Shown piece by piece: positions 52,915 to 62,253 of a stretch of DNA of 64,000 nt. The position numbers and the translations under genes were made by a program. The stretch spans positions 443,954-507,953 of the forward strand of contig CAWICY010000004.1 in NCBI GenBank assembly GCA_963834845.1, given 5' to 3'. Position 1 is the first letter of the stretch. Each line of letters opens with the position of its first letter. Below the pieces are notes generated by a model. It was given only the letters and a program-made list of their open reading frames with translations, was not told the DNA's origin and made no database searches. The DNA is from an uncultured Pseudomonadota bacterium (GTDB taxonomy: Bacteria > Pseudomonadota > Gammaproteobacteria > Burkholderiales > SG8-39).

Positions 52915-53805
52915 CTATGCGATCGTGCGCGCGAGCAGCGGTGCGATGCCGATCACCTCGACGCGCGCTGCGGGCGCGAGCGGCACGCTGTCGGTGGTCG
53001 CGACGCGGCCCAGGCCCGCCGCGCCGATGCGCGCGAGGGCACCCGGCGCGAGCACCGCGTGGATGAACAGCGCATGGATCTCGCGCGCGCCGGCTGCGCG
53101 CAGCGCCGCCGCGGCGGCGGCGATGGTGCCGCCGGTGCTCGCCATGTCGTCGAGGATCAGGCAGTCGCGGCCGCGCACCTCGCCCAGCACTTCGAGCGCC
53201 ACCGCGACGTCGGCGCGCGGGCGGGTCTTGGCGAGCACCGCGAGCGGCGCGCCGAGCGCCGCCGCGCAGCGCTGCGCGCGCTTGAGCCCCCCTGCATCGG
53301 GCGACACGATGGTCAGCGCGGGGAGCGCCCAGGCGCCCACCGCCGGCAGCAGCGCGTCGTCGGCGAGCAGGTGCGTGAGCGGCATCGGGAACGCGCTCTC
53401 CAGGGCCGGCGAGTGCAGCTCGAGCGCCACCAGCCGGTCGATGCCCGCGGCCGCCAGCAGACGCGCCGCGAGCTGCGCCGAGCGCGGCTCGCCCGCCTGC
53501 TTGCGCACGTCCTGTCGCGCGTAGCCGAAGTACGGCACCAGCGCGGTAATGCGCGCCGCGCCTGCGGCGCGCGCCGCCTCGGCCATCAGCGCGAGCGTCA
53601 TCAGCCGCTCGTTGGTCGGCGCACAGGTCGGCTGCACGATATGCAGATCGGCATCGCGCAGGTCGGCGTCGATGCGTACGCGCGTTTCGCCGTCGGCGAA
53701 CGCCGACACCGGACACGGAAGCAGCCGCACGCCGCAAAGGCTCGCGATGCGCGCCGCGAGCGCCGGATGTGCGTCGCCCGCGAGCAGGGCGACCGCCGGG
53801 CTCAT
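52915..53805 (-). CDS. ribose-phosphate diphosphokinase (Prs) family phosphoribosyltransferase
   Basis: 296 aa. FADGETRVRI...VPYFGYARQD...CLILDDMASTGGTI. ATGA overlap with the upstream hydrolase stop. Confidence 0.75.
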   Translation of the reverse strand: MSPAVALLAGDAHPALAARIASLCGVRLLPCPVSAFADGETRVRIDADLRDADLHIVQPTCAPTNERLMTLALMAEAARAAGAARITALVPYFGYARQDVRKQAGEPRSAQLAARLLAAAGIDRLVALELHSPALESAFPMPLTHLLADDALLPAVGAWALPALTIVSPDAGGLKRAQRCAAALGAPLAVLAKTRPRADVAVALEVLGEVRGRDCLILDDMASTGGTIAAAAAALRAAGAREIHALFIHAVLAPGALARIGAAGLGRVATTDSVPLAPAARVEVIGIAPLLARTIA

Positions 53806-54473
53806 CGCCGCGCTCCGGAGCCGAGGTGCCGCGCGAACCAGCGACCCGCATGGCGCGCGGCCGCCTCCAGCGTTCCGGCTTCCTCGAACAGGTGCGACGC
53901 GCCCGGAACGACCACCAGCTCCTTCTCGGCCGGCAGCCGCTCGTAGGCGTCGCGGTTCCAGTCGAGCACCTGCGCGTCCTTCTCGCCGACGATGAGCAGG
54001 GTCGGCGCCTTCACCCGCTCCAGCGCGCCCGAGGCCAGGTCCGGCCGGCCGCCGCGCGAGACCACCACGGAGATGAGCGCCGGCGCTGCGGCCGCGGCCG
54101 ACAGCGCCGCCGCGGCGCCGGTGCTTGCGCCGAAGCAGCCGATTGGCAGCGAGCGCGTGAGCGCTTCTGCACGCAGCCAGCGCACCGCGGCGAGCACGCG
54201 AGCGGCGAGCAGGTCGATGTCGAATACCTTCTCGCGGTCCTTGGCTTCGTCTTCCTCGAGCAGATCGACGAGCAGCGTCGCGAGGCCGAGCTTGCGCAGC
54301 TCCTGCGCGACGAACCGGTTGCGCGGGCTGTAGCGGCCGCTGCCGCTGCCGTGGGCGAATACGACCACCCCGCTCGCACCCTGCGGCACGCGCAATTCGC
54401 CGCGCACCTGCCGTCCGTCGGACGCGATGCTCACTTCGACGACCTGTGGCAGCTGATCGGTCGGTCGGGTCAT
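53802..54473 (-). CDS. dienelactone hydrolase family alpha/beta hydrolase
   Basis: Track ORF 53802..54527 trimmed to ATG 54473 (GGAG 9 nt upstream; the 54527 ATG lies inside an FNR box). VVVFAHGSGSGRYSPRN...GCFGASTGAAAAL...GASHLFEE. Confidence 0.75.
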   Translation of the reverse strand: MTRPTDQLPQVVEVSIASDGRQVRGELRVPQGASGVVVFAHGSGSGRYSPRNRFVAQELRKLGLATLLVDLLEEDEAKDREKVFDIDLLAARVLAAVRWLRAEALTRSLPIGCFGASTGAAAALSAAAAAPALISVVVSRGGRPDLASGALERVKAPTLLIVGEKDAQVLDWNRDAYERLPAEKELVVVPGASHLFEEAGTLEAAARHAGRWFARHLGSGARR

Positions 54474-54526
54474 GACACGGGCTCCGGTTGACGCAGCCAA
54501 GCTAGCGCTCGGCGCGCGGAATCCCA

Positions 54527-54540
54527 TTGACCGAGATCAA
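54527..54540. promoter_or_regulatory. FNR/Anr-type box TTGACCGAGATCAA
   Basis: Matches TTGAc-N4-ATCAA. Lies 25 bp (centre to centre) from the second box, in the divergent hydrolase / Lon-like promoter. Confidence 0.5.
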
Positions 54541-54551
54541 ACACGCCGACC

Positions 54552-54565
54552 TTGACGCAAGTCAA
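54552..54565. promoter_or_regulatory. FNR/Anr-type box TTGACGCAAGTCAA
   Basis: Identical 14-mer to 35209-35222. Centred 53 nt upstream of the Lon-like ATG (54612). The track's TTG start at 54552 is the first triplet of this box. Confidence 0.55.
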
Positions 54566-54611
54566 CCTTACACCCTCCCCGGCCGGCACACTCGAAGCAA
54601 AGGCAAGAGCA

Positions 54612-57071
54612 ATGGACAAACCGTCGCAGACCGCTGTTCGCCCGCTTGCACCCTCGGAGCTGCGCAGCGTCTGCGATCCCGCCCGGTTCGACTTCGACAG
54701 CACGGCAGAACTCGAGGACCTGGGGGAGGCACTGGGCCAGCGGCGCGCGGTGGATGCGATCCACTTCGGCATCGGCATCCGGCGCGAGGGATACAACCTG
54801 TTCGCGATGGGCCCCGAGGGCGTCGGGCGGCGCACCATCGTGCGCCGCTTTCTCGAGCAGCAAGCGCCCGCGCGCGAGGTGCCGCCCGATTGGTGCTACG
54901 TGTTCAATTTCGACATACCGCACAAGCCGCACGCGCTGCAGCTGCCCCCCGGACGGGCGCCGAAATTCAAGCAGTCCATGGAGCGCCTGGTCGAGGACCT
55001 GCGCGCCGGCATCCCTGCCGCGTTCGAAGCCGAGCAGTACCGCACCCAGCGCCAGGAGATCGAGAACACCTTCAGCGAGCGCCAGGAGCAGGCATTCGGC
55101 GCCATCGGCGAGCGCGCCAAGGAACAGGGCATCGCGCTGCTGCGCACGCCCGGCGGCTTCGGCTTTGCGCCGATGCGCAAGGACGCGGTGATGAGCCCGC
55201 AGGAATTCCACGAACTGCCGGCCGCCGAGCAAAAACGCCTGGAGGCAGCGATCGCGGTGCTGCAGCAGGAGCTCGAGGCCGTCATCCACGAAGTGCCCAA
55301 GTGGCGGCGCGAGGCGCAGCACAGGCTGCGCGAGCTCAATCGATCGGTGACCCAGACGGCGGTCAACAGCCTGATCGAGGAGCTGAAGACCGAGTACGAG
55401 GCCTTGCCCGCGGTGCGCGAGTACCTGGCCGACGTGCAGGAGGATGTCCTCGACCACGCGGAGTTCTTCCAGCAGCCCAAGGACGGCGAGCAGCCGACCC
55501 TGTTCGGGTTTCCCCTGCCGCAGGCCGACGCCTCCGAGCAGCCGCTGCGCCGCTACGCGGTGAACATGCTGATCGCGCACGAGGAAGCGAAGGGCGCGCC
55601 GATCGTCTACGAGGACAACCCGACGCACGACAACCTCTCGGGCCGCATCGAGCACATTGCGCAGATGGGCACGCTGGTGACGGACTTCACGCTCATCAAG
55701 CCGGGCGCCCTGCATCGCGCGAACGGCGGCTACCTGGTGCTCGACGCGCTTAGGCTGCTGTCGCAGCCGTTCGCCTGGGAAGCCCTCAAGCGCGCGCTGC
55801 GCTCGCGCGAGATTCGCACCGAGTCGCTCGGCCAGCTGCTGAGCCTGGTGAGCACGGTGTCGCTCGAGCCCGAGCCGATTCCGCTCGACGTCAAGGTGGT
55901 GCTGGTGGGGCAGCGCATTCTGTACTACCTGCTGCACGCCTACGACCCGGAGTTCGGCGAGCTGTTCAAGGTCGCGGTCGATTTCGAGGAGGACATGGCG
56001 CGCGATGCGCACAGCGACTTGCTCTACGCGCGCGTCGTCGCCACCATCGCCCGGCGCGAGAAGCTGCGGCCGCTGGCGCGCGCCGCGGTAGCGCGCGTCG
56101 TCGAGCAAGGCTCGCGCGACGCGGGCGACGCCGACAAGCTCTCGGTGCAGATGCGCGGCCTCGCCGACCTGCTGCGCGAAGCGGACTATTGGGCCGGCGC
56201 CGCAGGGCGTGCGACGGTGGCCAGCGAGGACGTGCAGCGCGCGATCGATGCGCAGGAGGACCGCTCAGGGCGCATTCGCGGACGCCTGCAGGAGGAGATC
56301 CTGCGCGGCAGGCTGCTGATCGACACCTCGGGGGCGCGCGCCGGGCAGGTGAACGCGCTGGCGGTGGTGCAACTGGGCGACTTCTCTTTCGGCGTGCCGC
56401 ACCGGATCACCGCGCGTACCCGCCTCGGCGGCGGCCGGGTGGTCGACATCGAGCGCGAGTCCGAAATGGGCGGCCCGATCCACTCAAAAGGAGTGCTGAT
56501 CCTCGCGGGATTCGTCTCGGGGCGGTACGCCACGGGCAAGCCGCTGTCGCTCGCCGCGAGCCTGGTGTTCGAGCAGAGCTACGGCGGCGTCGAAGGCGAC
56601 AGCGCGTCCTCGGCCGAGCTCTGCGCGCTGCTCTCCGCGCTCGCCGACGCGCCGGTGAAGCAGTCGCTGGCGGTCACCGGCTCGGTAAACCAGCACGGCG
56701 ACGTGCAGGCGATCGGCGAGGTCAACCGCAAGATCGAGGGCTTTTTCGACGTCTGCGCGGCGCGCGGGCTGACGGGCGAGCAGGGCGTGCTGATCCCGGC
56801 GGCGAACACGCGCAATCTGATGCTGCGCCAGGATGTGGTCGACGCCGTCGCGGCAGGCAAGTTCCACGTCTATCCCGTGACCACCATCGACCAGGGCATC
56901 GAGATCCTGACCGGCGTACCAGCAGGCGAGCGCGACGCGCGCGGGCAGTTTCCGCCCGCAACGATCAACGCTCGGGTGGAGCAGCGCCTCGCGGAGTACG
57001 CCGAGCGCCTGCGCAGCTTCGGCGTCGCCGGCGCGCCGCGCCGGACCTGGCGCAAGGAGCCGCGCAAGTGA
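54612..57071 (+). CDS. Lon-related AAA+ ATP-dependent protease (Lon-insertion/AAA_32 type)
   Basis: Track ORF 54552 (TTG) trimmed to ATG 54612. NLFAMGPEGVGRRT is a degenerate P-loop. A long coiled insertion follows. C-terminal Lon protease domain with GGVEGDSASSAELCALLSAL (catalytic Ser). Confidence 0.8.
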   Translation: MDKPSQTAVRPLAPSELRSVCDPARFDFDSTAELEDLGEALGQRRAVDAIHFGIGIRREGYNLFAMGPEGVGRRTIVRRFLEQQAPAREVPPDWCYVFNFDIPHKPHALQLPPGRAPKFKQSMERLVEDLRAGIPAAFEAEQYRTQRQEIENTFSERQEQAFGAIGERAKEQGIALLRTPGGFGFAPMRKDAVMSPQEFHELPAAEQKRLEAAIAVLQQELEAVIHEVPKWRREAQHRLRELNRSVTQTAVNSLIEELKTEYEALPAVREYLADVQEDVLDHAEFFQQPKDGEQPTLFGFPLPQADASEQPLRRYAVNMLIAHEEAKGAPIVYEDNPTHDNLSGRIEHIAQMGTLVTDFTLIKPGALHRANGGYLVLDALRLLSQPFAWEALKRALRSREIRTESLGQLLSLVSTVSLEPEPIPLDVKVVLVGQRILYYLLHAYDPEFGELFKVAVDFEEDMARDAHSDLLYARVVATIARREKLRPLARAAVARVVEQGSRDAGDADKLSVQMRGLADLLREADYWAGAAGRATVASEDVQRAIDAQEDRSGRIRGRLQEEILRGRLLIDTSGARAGQVNALAVVQLGDFSFGVPHRITARTRLGGGRVVDIERESEMGGPIHSKGVLILAGFVSGRYATGKPLSLAASLVFEQSYGGVEGDSASSAELCALLSALADAPVKQSLAVTGSVNQHGDVQAIGEVNRKIEGFFDVCAARGLTGEQGVLIPAANTRNLMLRQDVVDAVAAGKFHVYPVTTIDQGIEILTGVPAGERDARGQFPPATINARVEQRLAEYAERLRSFGVAGAPRRTWRKEPRK

Positions 57072-57712
57072 CCATCCGCCGCATCATCGTCGGCCTCGAT
57101 CCACGGTCCCCGGGCCGCGCGGCGCTGGAAGCCGCGGCGCAGCTCGCCGGGCGACTGCAGGCCGAGCTGGTGGGGCTGTTCGTCGAGGACATCGACCTGC
57201 TGTACCTCGCCGGGTTGCCATTCGCGCGCGAGATCGGTTTTCCGTCCGCGACGACGCGGGCGCTCGACATCGCGTCGATGGAGCGCTCGCTGCGCGCGCT
57301 CGCCGGCGAAGTGCAGCGCACCATGGCGGCGATCGCGGGGCGCGCGCCGGTGCCGTGGTCGTTCCGCGTCGCGCGCGGCGCGTTGATGAGCGAGCTGCGC
57401 GCCGCGGCAACCCAGGACGACATCGTAGTGACCGGCGCGCTGCGCCTCACCCTGCCCGCGCCGCTCTCGGTGCTGTGCTCCGTGGCGACGCAGCCGGAGC
57501 ATGTCGTGCCCGCTGCCGCGGCCCTGGCGCGCTTCCTGGGCGGCGAGGTGGAGATCGTGCTGCTCGACGGCGACTGCGCCGCGGCGAAGGGCTGGGAGCA
57601 GGCCGCGCGCAAGCTGCTCGCGGCGCAGGGCACCGGGCTGCGCCTGCGCGTGGTGCCCGCGGACTCGCGCAACGGACGCAACATAGGAGGGTCAGCCAGT
57701 GGCGATAGGTGA
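57068..57712 (+). CDS. hypothetical protein, USP-like N-terminal fold (214 aa)
   Basis: In frame with track ORF 56189..57712. GTG start overlaps the Lon-like stop (GTGA). RRIIVGLDPRSPGRAALEAAAQLAGRLQAELVGLFVED resembles the universal stress protein beta1-alpha1 region. Confidence 0.5.
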   Translation: MTIRRIIVGLDPRSPGRAALEAAAQLAGRLQAELVGLFVEDIDLLYLAGLPFAREIGFPSATTRALDIASMERSLRALAGEVQRTMAAIAGRAPVPWSFRVARGALMSELRAAATQDDIVVTGALRLTLPAPLSVLCSVATQPEHVVPAAAALARFLGGEVEIVLLDGDCAAAKGWEQAARKLLAAQGTGLRLRVVPADSRNGRNIGGSASGDR

Positions 57713-58157
57713 AATCTGCAATCGTGAAGTCGTGTTCGCCAGGCCGAACGAGAGCGTGCAGAGCGCAGCGATCCTGATGCGCGAGCACCACGTAGGCAGT
57801 CTGGTGGTGGTCGAGGACTCGGGCGGCAAGCGCATTCCGACGGGCATCATTACCGACCGCGACATCGCGGTCGGGGTGGTCGCTCTCGGACTGGATCCGG
57901 ACGCCACGCTGGTCGGTACGGTGATGAGCCCGGAGCTGGTACGCGCACGCGAGGATGCGGGCGTAGCCGAAACCGTCGCGCTCATGCGGCAAAAGGGGTT
58001 GCGCCGCCTGCCGGTAGTCGACGCAGCGGGCAGCCTGGTCGGCCTGGTCGCGGCCGACGACCTGCTCGAGCTGCTGGCGGAGGAGATTTCGGGGCTCGCG
58101 AGCATCGTGGCGCGCGAGCAGCGACGCGAAACCGAGCAGCGGCGCGCGCTGCCCTGA
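57699..58157 (+). CDS. CBS domain pair protein
   Basis: 152 aa, GTG start. Two CBS repeats (...HHVGSLVVVED...GIITDRDI... and ...GLRRLPVVDAAGSLVGLVAADDLL). Confidence 0.85.
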   Translation: MAIGEICNREVVFARPNESVQSAAILMREHHVGSLVVVEDSGGKRIPTGIITDRDIAVGVVALGLDPDATLVGTVMSPELVRAREDAGVAETVALMRQKGLRRLPVVDAAGSLVGLVAADDLLELLAEEISGLASIVAREQRRETEQRRALP

Positions 58158-58162
58158 GAGGG

Positions 58163-59578
58163 CTAGCCGCGGCGCGCGCGCCGCGCGTAGAGCTCGCGGA
58201 ACGTGCGGCCTTGCGGGGCCGGCATGTCGCGGCCGAGCGTCCAGCCCGCGCCGAGCGGCAGCCTGGAAATCCGGCCTTTGGCGCCGCCCATCAGCTTCAG
58301 CGCGCGCACCGCGATCGCGGTGGCGAGAGCGTACAGGCGCGGGCGCTTGGCCGCGAAGGCCCACAGCCGGAAGCCGGCGCGCTCCTGCCAGGGGCGCAGT
58401 CCGGCGTCCATCTGCCTCTCGCGCAGCTTGCGCAGCAGGTCCGGCAGCGGGATCTTCACCGGACAGGCGACGTGGCAAGCGCCGCACAGCGTCGCCGCCT
58501 GCGGCAGATCGAGCGCGTTCTCGATGCCGTTGTAAACCGGCGTGAGCACCGATCCCATCGGCCCGGGATAGACCCAGCCGTAGGCGTGGCCGCCAACCGC
58601 CTGGAACACGGGGCAATGGTTCATGCATGCCCCGCAACGGATGCAGCGCAGCATCTCCTGCATGTCGCCACCGAGGAACCGGGTACGGCCGGCATCGACC
58701 AGGATGACGTACATGTGCTCGGGGCCGTCTAGGTCGCCGGCGCGCCGCGGCCCTGTGACAATGCTGAAGTAGTTCTCGATGTCCTGGCCGGTCGCCGAAC
58801 GCGGCAGCACGCGGTTGAGCGTCGACAGGTCCTCGAGCGTCGGAATCACCTTTTCGATGCCGGTGATCACGACGTGCACATTCGGCAGCGTCGTGACCAT
58901 GCGGCCGTTGCCCTCGTTGGTCACCAGCGCAACCGAGCCCGTTTCCGCGATGAGGAAGTTGCCGCCGGAGATCCCCAGGTCGGCGCTGAGGAAATGGCCG
59001 CGCAGCATCTGGCGCGCTTCGTCGGTCATGGCGCGGATGTCGTCCAGCCTCGGCCGCCCATGGTGAGCCGCGAACAGGTCGGCCACCTCCTCCTTGTCCT
59101 TGTGGATCGCCGGCGCGATGATGTGCGAGGGCGGCTCCTTGGCGAGCTGGATGATGTACTCGCCCAGGTCAGTCTCCACCGGCGTCACGCCGTTCGCCTC
59201 GAGCGCATCGTTTAGGCCGGCCTCCTCGGATACCATCGATTTCGACTTGATGGCCTTCTTCAGCCCGTGGCGCGCGCAGATCTCGTGCACGTGGCGGCGG
59301 ATCTCCGCGGCGTCCTTCGCCCACAGCACTTTCGTGCCGCGGCGCGCCGCCTCCTCCTCGAAGCGCAGCAGCCAGACGTCCAGCGCGGCGAGCGCGCGGT
59401 CGCGGATCGCCGCGCTCGCAGTGCGCAGCTCTTCGAACGCCTCGACCCCGTAGGCCTCGCGCGCGGCGGCGCGCTTGTCGGCGAAGCCGCTGCCGAAGCG
59501 CTTGAACACGCTCTGCAGCCGGTGGTCGGCGAGCGCACCGTGCGCGCGCGCCTTGAAGTGCATAGACTGCACGCGCAT
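58163..59578 (-). CDS. lutB: lactate utilization protein B (LUD domain iron-sulfur protein)
   Basis: In frame with track ORF 58163..59797. ATGA overlap with the lutA stop. CIRCGACMNHCP and CGACHVACP ferredoxin motifs. LUD-type region GISGGNFLIAETGS. Confidence 0.85.
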   Translation of the reverse strand: MRVQSMHFKARAHGALADHRLQSVFKRFGSGFADKRAAAREAYGVEAFEELRTASAAIRDRALAALDVWLLRFEEEAARRGTKVLWAKDAAEIRRHVHEICARHGLKKAIKSKSMVSEEAGLNDALEANGVTPVETDLGEYIIQLAKEPPSHIIAPAIHKDKEEVADLFAAHHGRPRLDDIRAMTDEARQMLRGHFLSADLGISGGNFLIAETGSVALVTNEGNGRMVTTLPNVHVVITGIEKVIPTLEDLSTLNRVLPRSATGQDIENYFSIVTGPRRAGDLDGPEHMYVILVDAGRTRFLGGDMQEMLRCIRCGACMNHCPVFQAVGGHAYGWVYPGPMGSVLTPVYNGIENALDLPQAATLCGACHVACPVKIPLPDLLRKLRERQMDAGLRPWQERAGFRLWAFAAKRPRLYALATAIAVRALKLMGGAKGRISRLPLGAGWTLGRDMPAPQGRTFRELYARRARRG

Positions 59579-60318
59579 CAGTTGCCCTCGCCCGCGAGCA
59601 CCTCGGCGACGTGCAGCACGCGCGTCTTGTCGTTGCCACGGCGCCGCAGCCGCCCCTCGATGTTGAGCATGCAGCCCAGGTCGCCGAGCACCACCGCCTC
59701 GGCGCCGCTCGCGACGATGTTCTCGCACTTGGCCTCGGCGATCGCGGCGGAGATCTCGCCGAACTTGATCGAGAAAGTTCCACCGAAGCCGCAGCACTCC
59801 TCGCAGCGGCTCATTTCCTTCAGGGTCAGCCCCGGCATCATCGCCAGTAGCCGGCGCGGCTGCTCCTTGATGCCGACCTCGCGCAGCCCGGCGCAGGAAT
59901 CGTGGTAGGTGATGGTGCCGCGGTACGTGCCGGGCGGGTTGTCGAAGCGCGCCACGCTAACCAGGAAATCGGTCAGCTCCCAGGTCCTGGCGGCGAGGGA
60001 CTCGGCGCGCGCGAGCCACGCCCCTTCGCCGGGGAACAGCTCCGCATAGTGGGTCTTTATCATGCCGACGCAGGAGCCCGAAGGCGCCACGACATAGTCG
60101 CATGCCTCGAATTCGGAGATCAGCTTCTCGGCGAGCGCACGCGCCGAGCGGCGCTCGCCCGAGTTCCAGCCCGGCTGCCCGCAGCAGGTCTGGGTCGAAG
60201 GCACATGCACCTCGAAGCCGGCGCGCTCGAGCAGCTTCAGCGCGGCGAATCCGATGCGCGGCCGCATCATGTCAACGAGGCAAGTGACGAACAGGCCGAT
60301 GCGGCGTCCGGCGTTCAT
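59578..60318 (-). CDS. lutA: lactate utilization protein A ((Fe-S)-binding CCG-domain oxidoreductase)
   Basis: Track ORF 59578..60393 trimmed to MNAGRRIGLFVTCLVD. CCG motifs TQTCCGQP and CEECCGFGG. Confidence 0.85.
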   Translation of the reverse strand: MNAGRRIGLFVTCLVDMMRPRIGFAALKLLERAGFEVHVPSTQTCCGQPGWNSGERRSARALAEKLISEFEACDYVVAPSGSCVGMIKTHYAELFPGEGAWLARAESLAARTWELTDFLVSVARFDNPPGTYRGTITYHDSCAGLREVGIKEQPRRLLAMMPGLTLKEMSRCEECCGFGGTFSIKFGEISAAIAEAKCENIVASGAEAVVLGDLGCMLNIEGRLRRRGNDKTRVLHVAEVLAGEGN

Positions 60319-60443
60319 GCAGGGATGGGGATTTTCTTTCGCATCGACCGCGAACGGGCGAAAAGAATACCACAGCCGCTCGCCCCGTTTCACATCGTGG
60401 GATAGAATTCGCGCCTTCCTACGACTCTCGGCGCAGCGATTCC

Positions 60444-61235
60444 GTGGCTACCGCAAAGGACGACCAGAAGAGCCCGATCCAGGTGATCGAGCGCATGATG
60501 AAGCTGCTCGACGTGCTCGCCGAGCACCCCGAGCCGCTGGGCCTCAAGCAGGTCGCTCAATACACCGGGTTGCACCCTTCCACTGCGCACCGCATCCTTT
60601 CGGCGATGGCAGCCGACCGGCTGGTGGATCGCATCGAGCCGGGTAGCTACCGACTCGGCATGCGCCTGCTCGAGCTCGGCAACCTGGTCAAGTCGCGCAT
60701 CAGCGTGAGGGAGCTGGCGCTGCCGGTGATGCGCGAGCTGCACGCGCAGACCGGCGAAACGGCCAACCTTTCGGTGCGCCACGACGACGAGATCGTGTAC
60801 GTCGAGCGTACTTCCGCCGGCCGCTCAGCCATGCGAATCGTGCATGCGATCGGCGCGCGCGCGCCCTTGCACATCACCGCCGCCGGAAAGCTGTTTCTGC
60901 TCGAGGACGGCTTTGCCAGGCTGCGCGACTACGCCAAGCGCACCGGCCTCGCGCCGCACACCAAGAACACGCTGAGCAACCTCGCGGTGCTCGAGCGCGA
61001 CCTCGAGCGCATCCAGCGCCAGGGCTACGCCACCGATAACGAGGAGGCCGAGATCGGCGTGCGCTGCGTCGCCGCCGGCGTGCGCGACGACGGCGGGCAT
61101 CTGATCGCCGCGCTGTCGCTGTCGACGCCCGCGGACCGCATGAAGGCGACCTGGGGCCCGCTGGTGAAGGAGGCCGCGGAGCGCATCTCGCGCGTTATCG
61201 GGCACCGCCCCGCCGCGCGCATCGGCGCGGCCTAG
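60444..61235 (+). CDS. IclR family transcriptional regulator
   Basis: 263 aa, GTG start. HTH LGLKQVAQYTGLHPSTAHRILSAM. The IclR effector domain (...YATDNEEAEIGVRCVAA...) follows. Confidence 0.85.
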   Translation: MATAKDDQKSPIQVIERMMKLLDVLAEHPEPLGLKQVAQYTGLHPSTAHRILSAMAADRLVDRIEPGSYRLGMRLLELGNLVKSRISVRELALPVMRELHAQTGETANLSVRHDDEIVYVERTSAGRSAMRIVHAIGARAPLHITAAGKLFLLEDGFARLRDYAKRTGLAPHTKNTLSNLAVLERDLERIQRQGYATDNEEAEIGVRCVAAGVRDDGGHLIAALSLSTPADRMKATWGPLVKEAAERISRVIGHRPAARIGAA

Positions 61236-61242
61236 GGCAACT

Positions 61243-62253
61243 TCAGTCCGCGAGAAGGCCGTGCAACGAGAATAGCCCGCGGCGGTCGCGCCACACCTTT
61301 GTGCCCCGGAATCCCGCCTCCGTCGCGAGCACGCGGAATTCCGCGATCGAATACTTGCACGAGTTCTCGGTGTGGATCGTCTCGCCGGCGTCGAATTCAA
61401 ACCGGCTGCGTGCGACGCGCACCGGCTGCCTGACGAGCGATACCAGGTGCATCTCGACGCGGCCCTGCGACGCGTTGTAGAAGGCGTAATGCCGGAAGCG
61501 GCGCATGTCGAAATCGCCGTCGAGCTCGCGGTTGATGCGCGCCAGCAGGTTGAGGTTGAACGCGGCAGTCACCCCGCGGGCGTCGTTGTACGCCGCGTGC
61601 AGCATGTTGGCATCCTTCTTCAGGTCGACGCCCACCAGCATCGCGCCGCGCGCGCCCACCTGGCCGCGCGTCATGCGCAGGAACGCTTCGGCTTCGCCCG
61701 CGGAAAGGTTGCCGATGGTCGAGCCCGGGAAGTAGGCGACGCGCCGCCGCCTGGCGCCGCGGTACGGCGGCAGCTTGAGCGGCCGCGAAAAATCGCCAAC
61801 CACGCCGGCGATCTCGAGCCAAGGGAATTCGTGCGCCAGGCGCCACGCTGCCTCGCGCAGCGCGGCTTCCGAGATCTCCACCGGGATATAGCGCACGGGC
61901 CGCAGCCGCTCGATCAGCAGGCGCGTCTTGACGCTCTCGCCGCTGCCATACTCGATCAGCTCGCAGCCCTCGCCGGCGAAGCGCGCGATTTCGCCGAGGT
62001 GCTGCCGCGTAAGCGACAGCTCGGCGCGCGTCGGATAGTACTCGCGCAGGCGGCAGATCCGCTCGAACAGGCGGCTGCCCTCGGCATCGTAGAAGTATTT
62101 CGGCGGCAGCGTCTTTTGCGGCAGCGACAGCCCCGCAATGACGTCGTCGAGGAAGTTGTCGGTGGCGCCGGTCGCGCCGAAGATGCGGACCGCGCCCGCG
62201 GCGCCGAGCGGCTTCAGCCGCGGGTGTCGATTGCCGCGCTGCTTTCGAGCCAC
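61243..62253 (-). CDS. EgtD-like L-histidine N-alpha-methyltransferase family protein
   Basis: FLDDVIAGLSLPQKTLPPKYFYDAEGSRLFERI...ELIEYGSGES...YFPGSTIGN...HTENSCKYS. The start is uncertain. The only canonical in-frame start upstream of the conserved N-terminus is GTG 62253, which overlaps the pbpG 3' end by 40 nt. Confidence 0.7.
   Translation of the reverse strand: MARKQRGNRHPRLKPLGAAGAVRIFGATGATDNFLDDVIAGLSLPQKTLPPKYFYDAEGSRLFERICRLREYYPTRAELSLTRQHLGEIARFAGEGCELIEYGSGESVKTRLLIERLRPVRYIPVEISEAALREAAWRLAHEFPWLEIAGVVGDFSRPLKLPPYRGARRRRVAYFPGSTIGNLSAGEAEAFLRMTRGQVGARGAMLVGVDLKKDANMLHAAYNDARGVTAAFNLNLLARINRELDGDFDMRRFRHYAFYNASQGRVEMHLVSLVRQPVRVARSRFEFDAGETIHTENSCKYSIAEFRVLATEAGFRGTKVWRDRRGLFSLHGLLAD

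Noticed and set aside
49878-53946. ORFs 49878..51725, 50132..51436, 51767..53524, 52883..53851 and 53059..53946
   Set aside because: All overlap the acyl-ligase fusion or the Prs-like gene in other frames. None has a motif and all are Arg-rich, so they are GC artefacts.
58163-60318. lutA-lutB without lutC as a possible anomaly
   Set aside because: LutC is often encoded elsewhere or replaced, and the two genes present are intact and ATGA-coupled. Nothing in the sequence indicates a new function.
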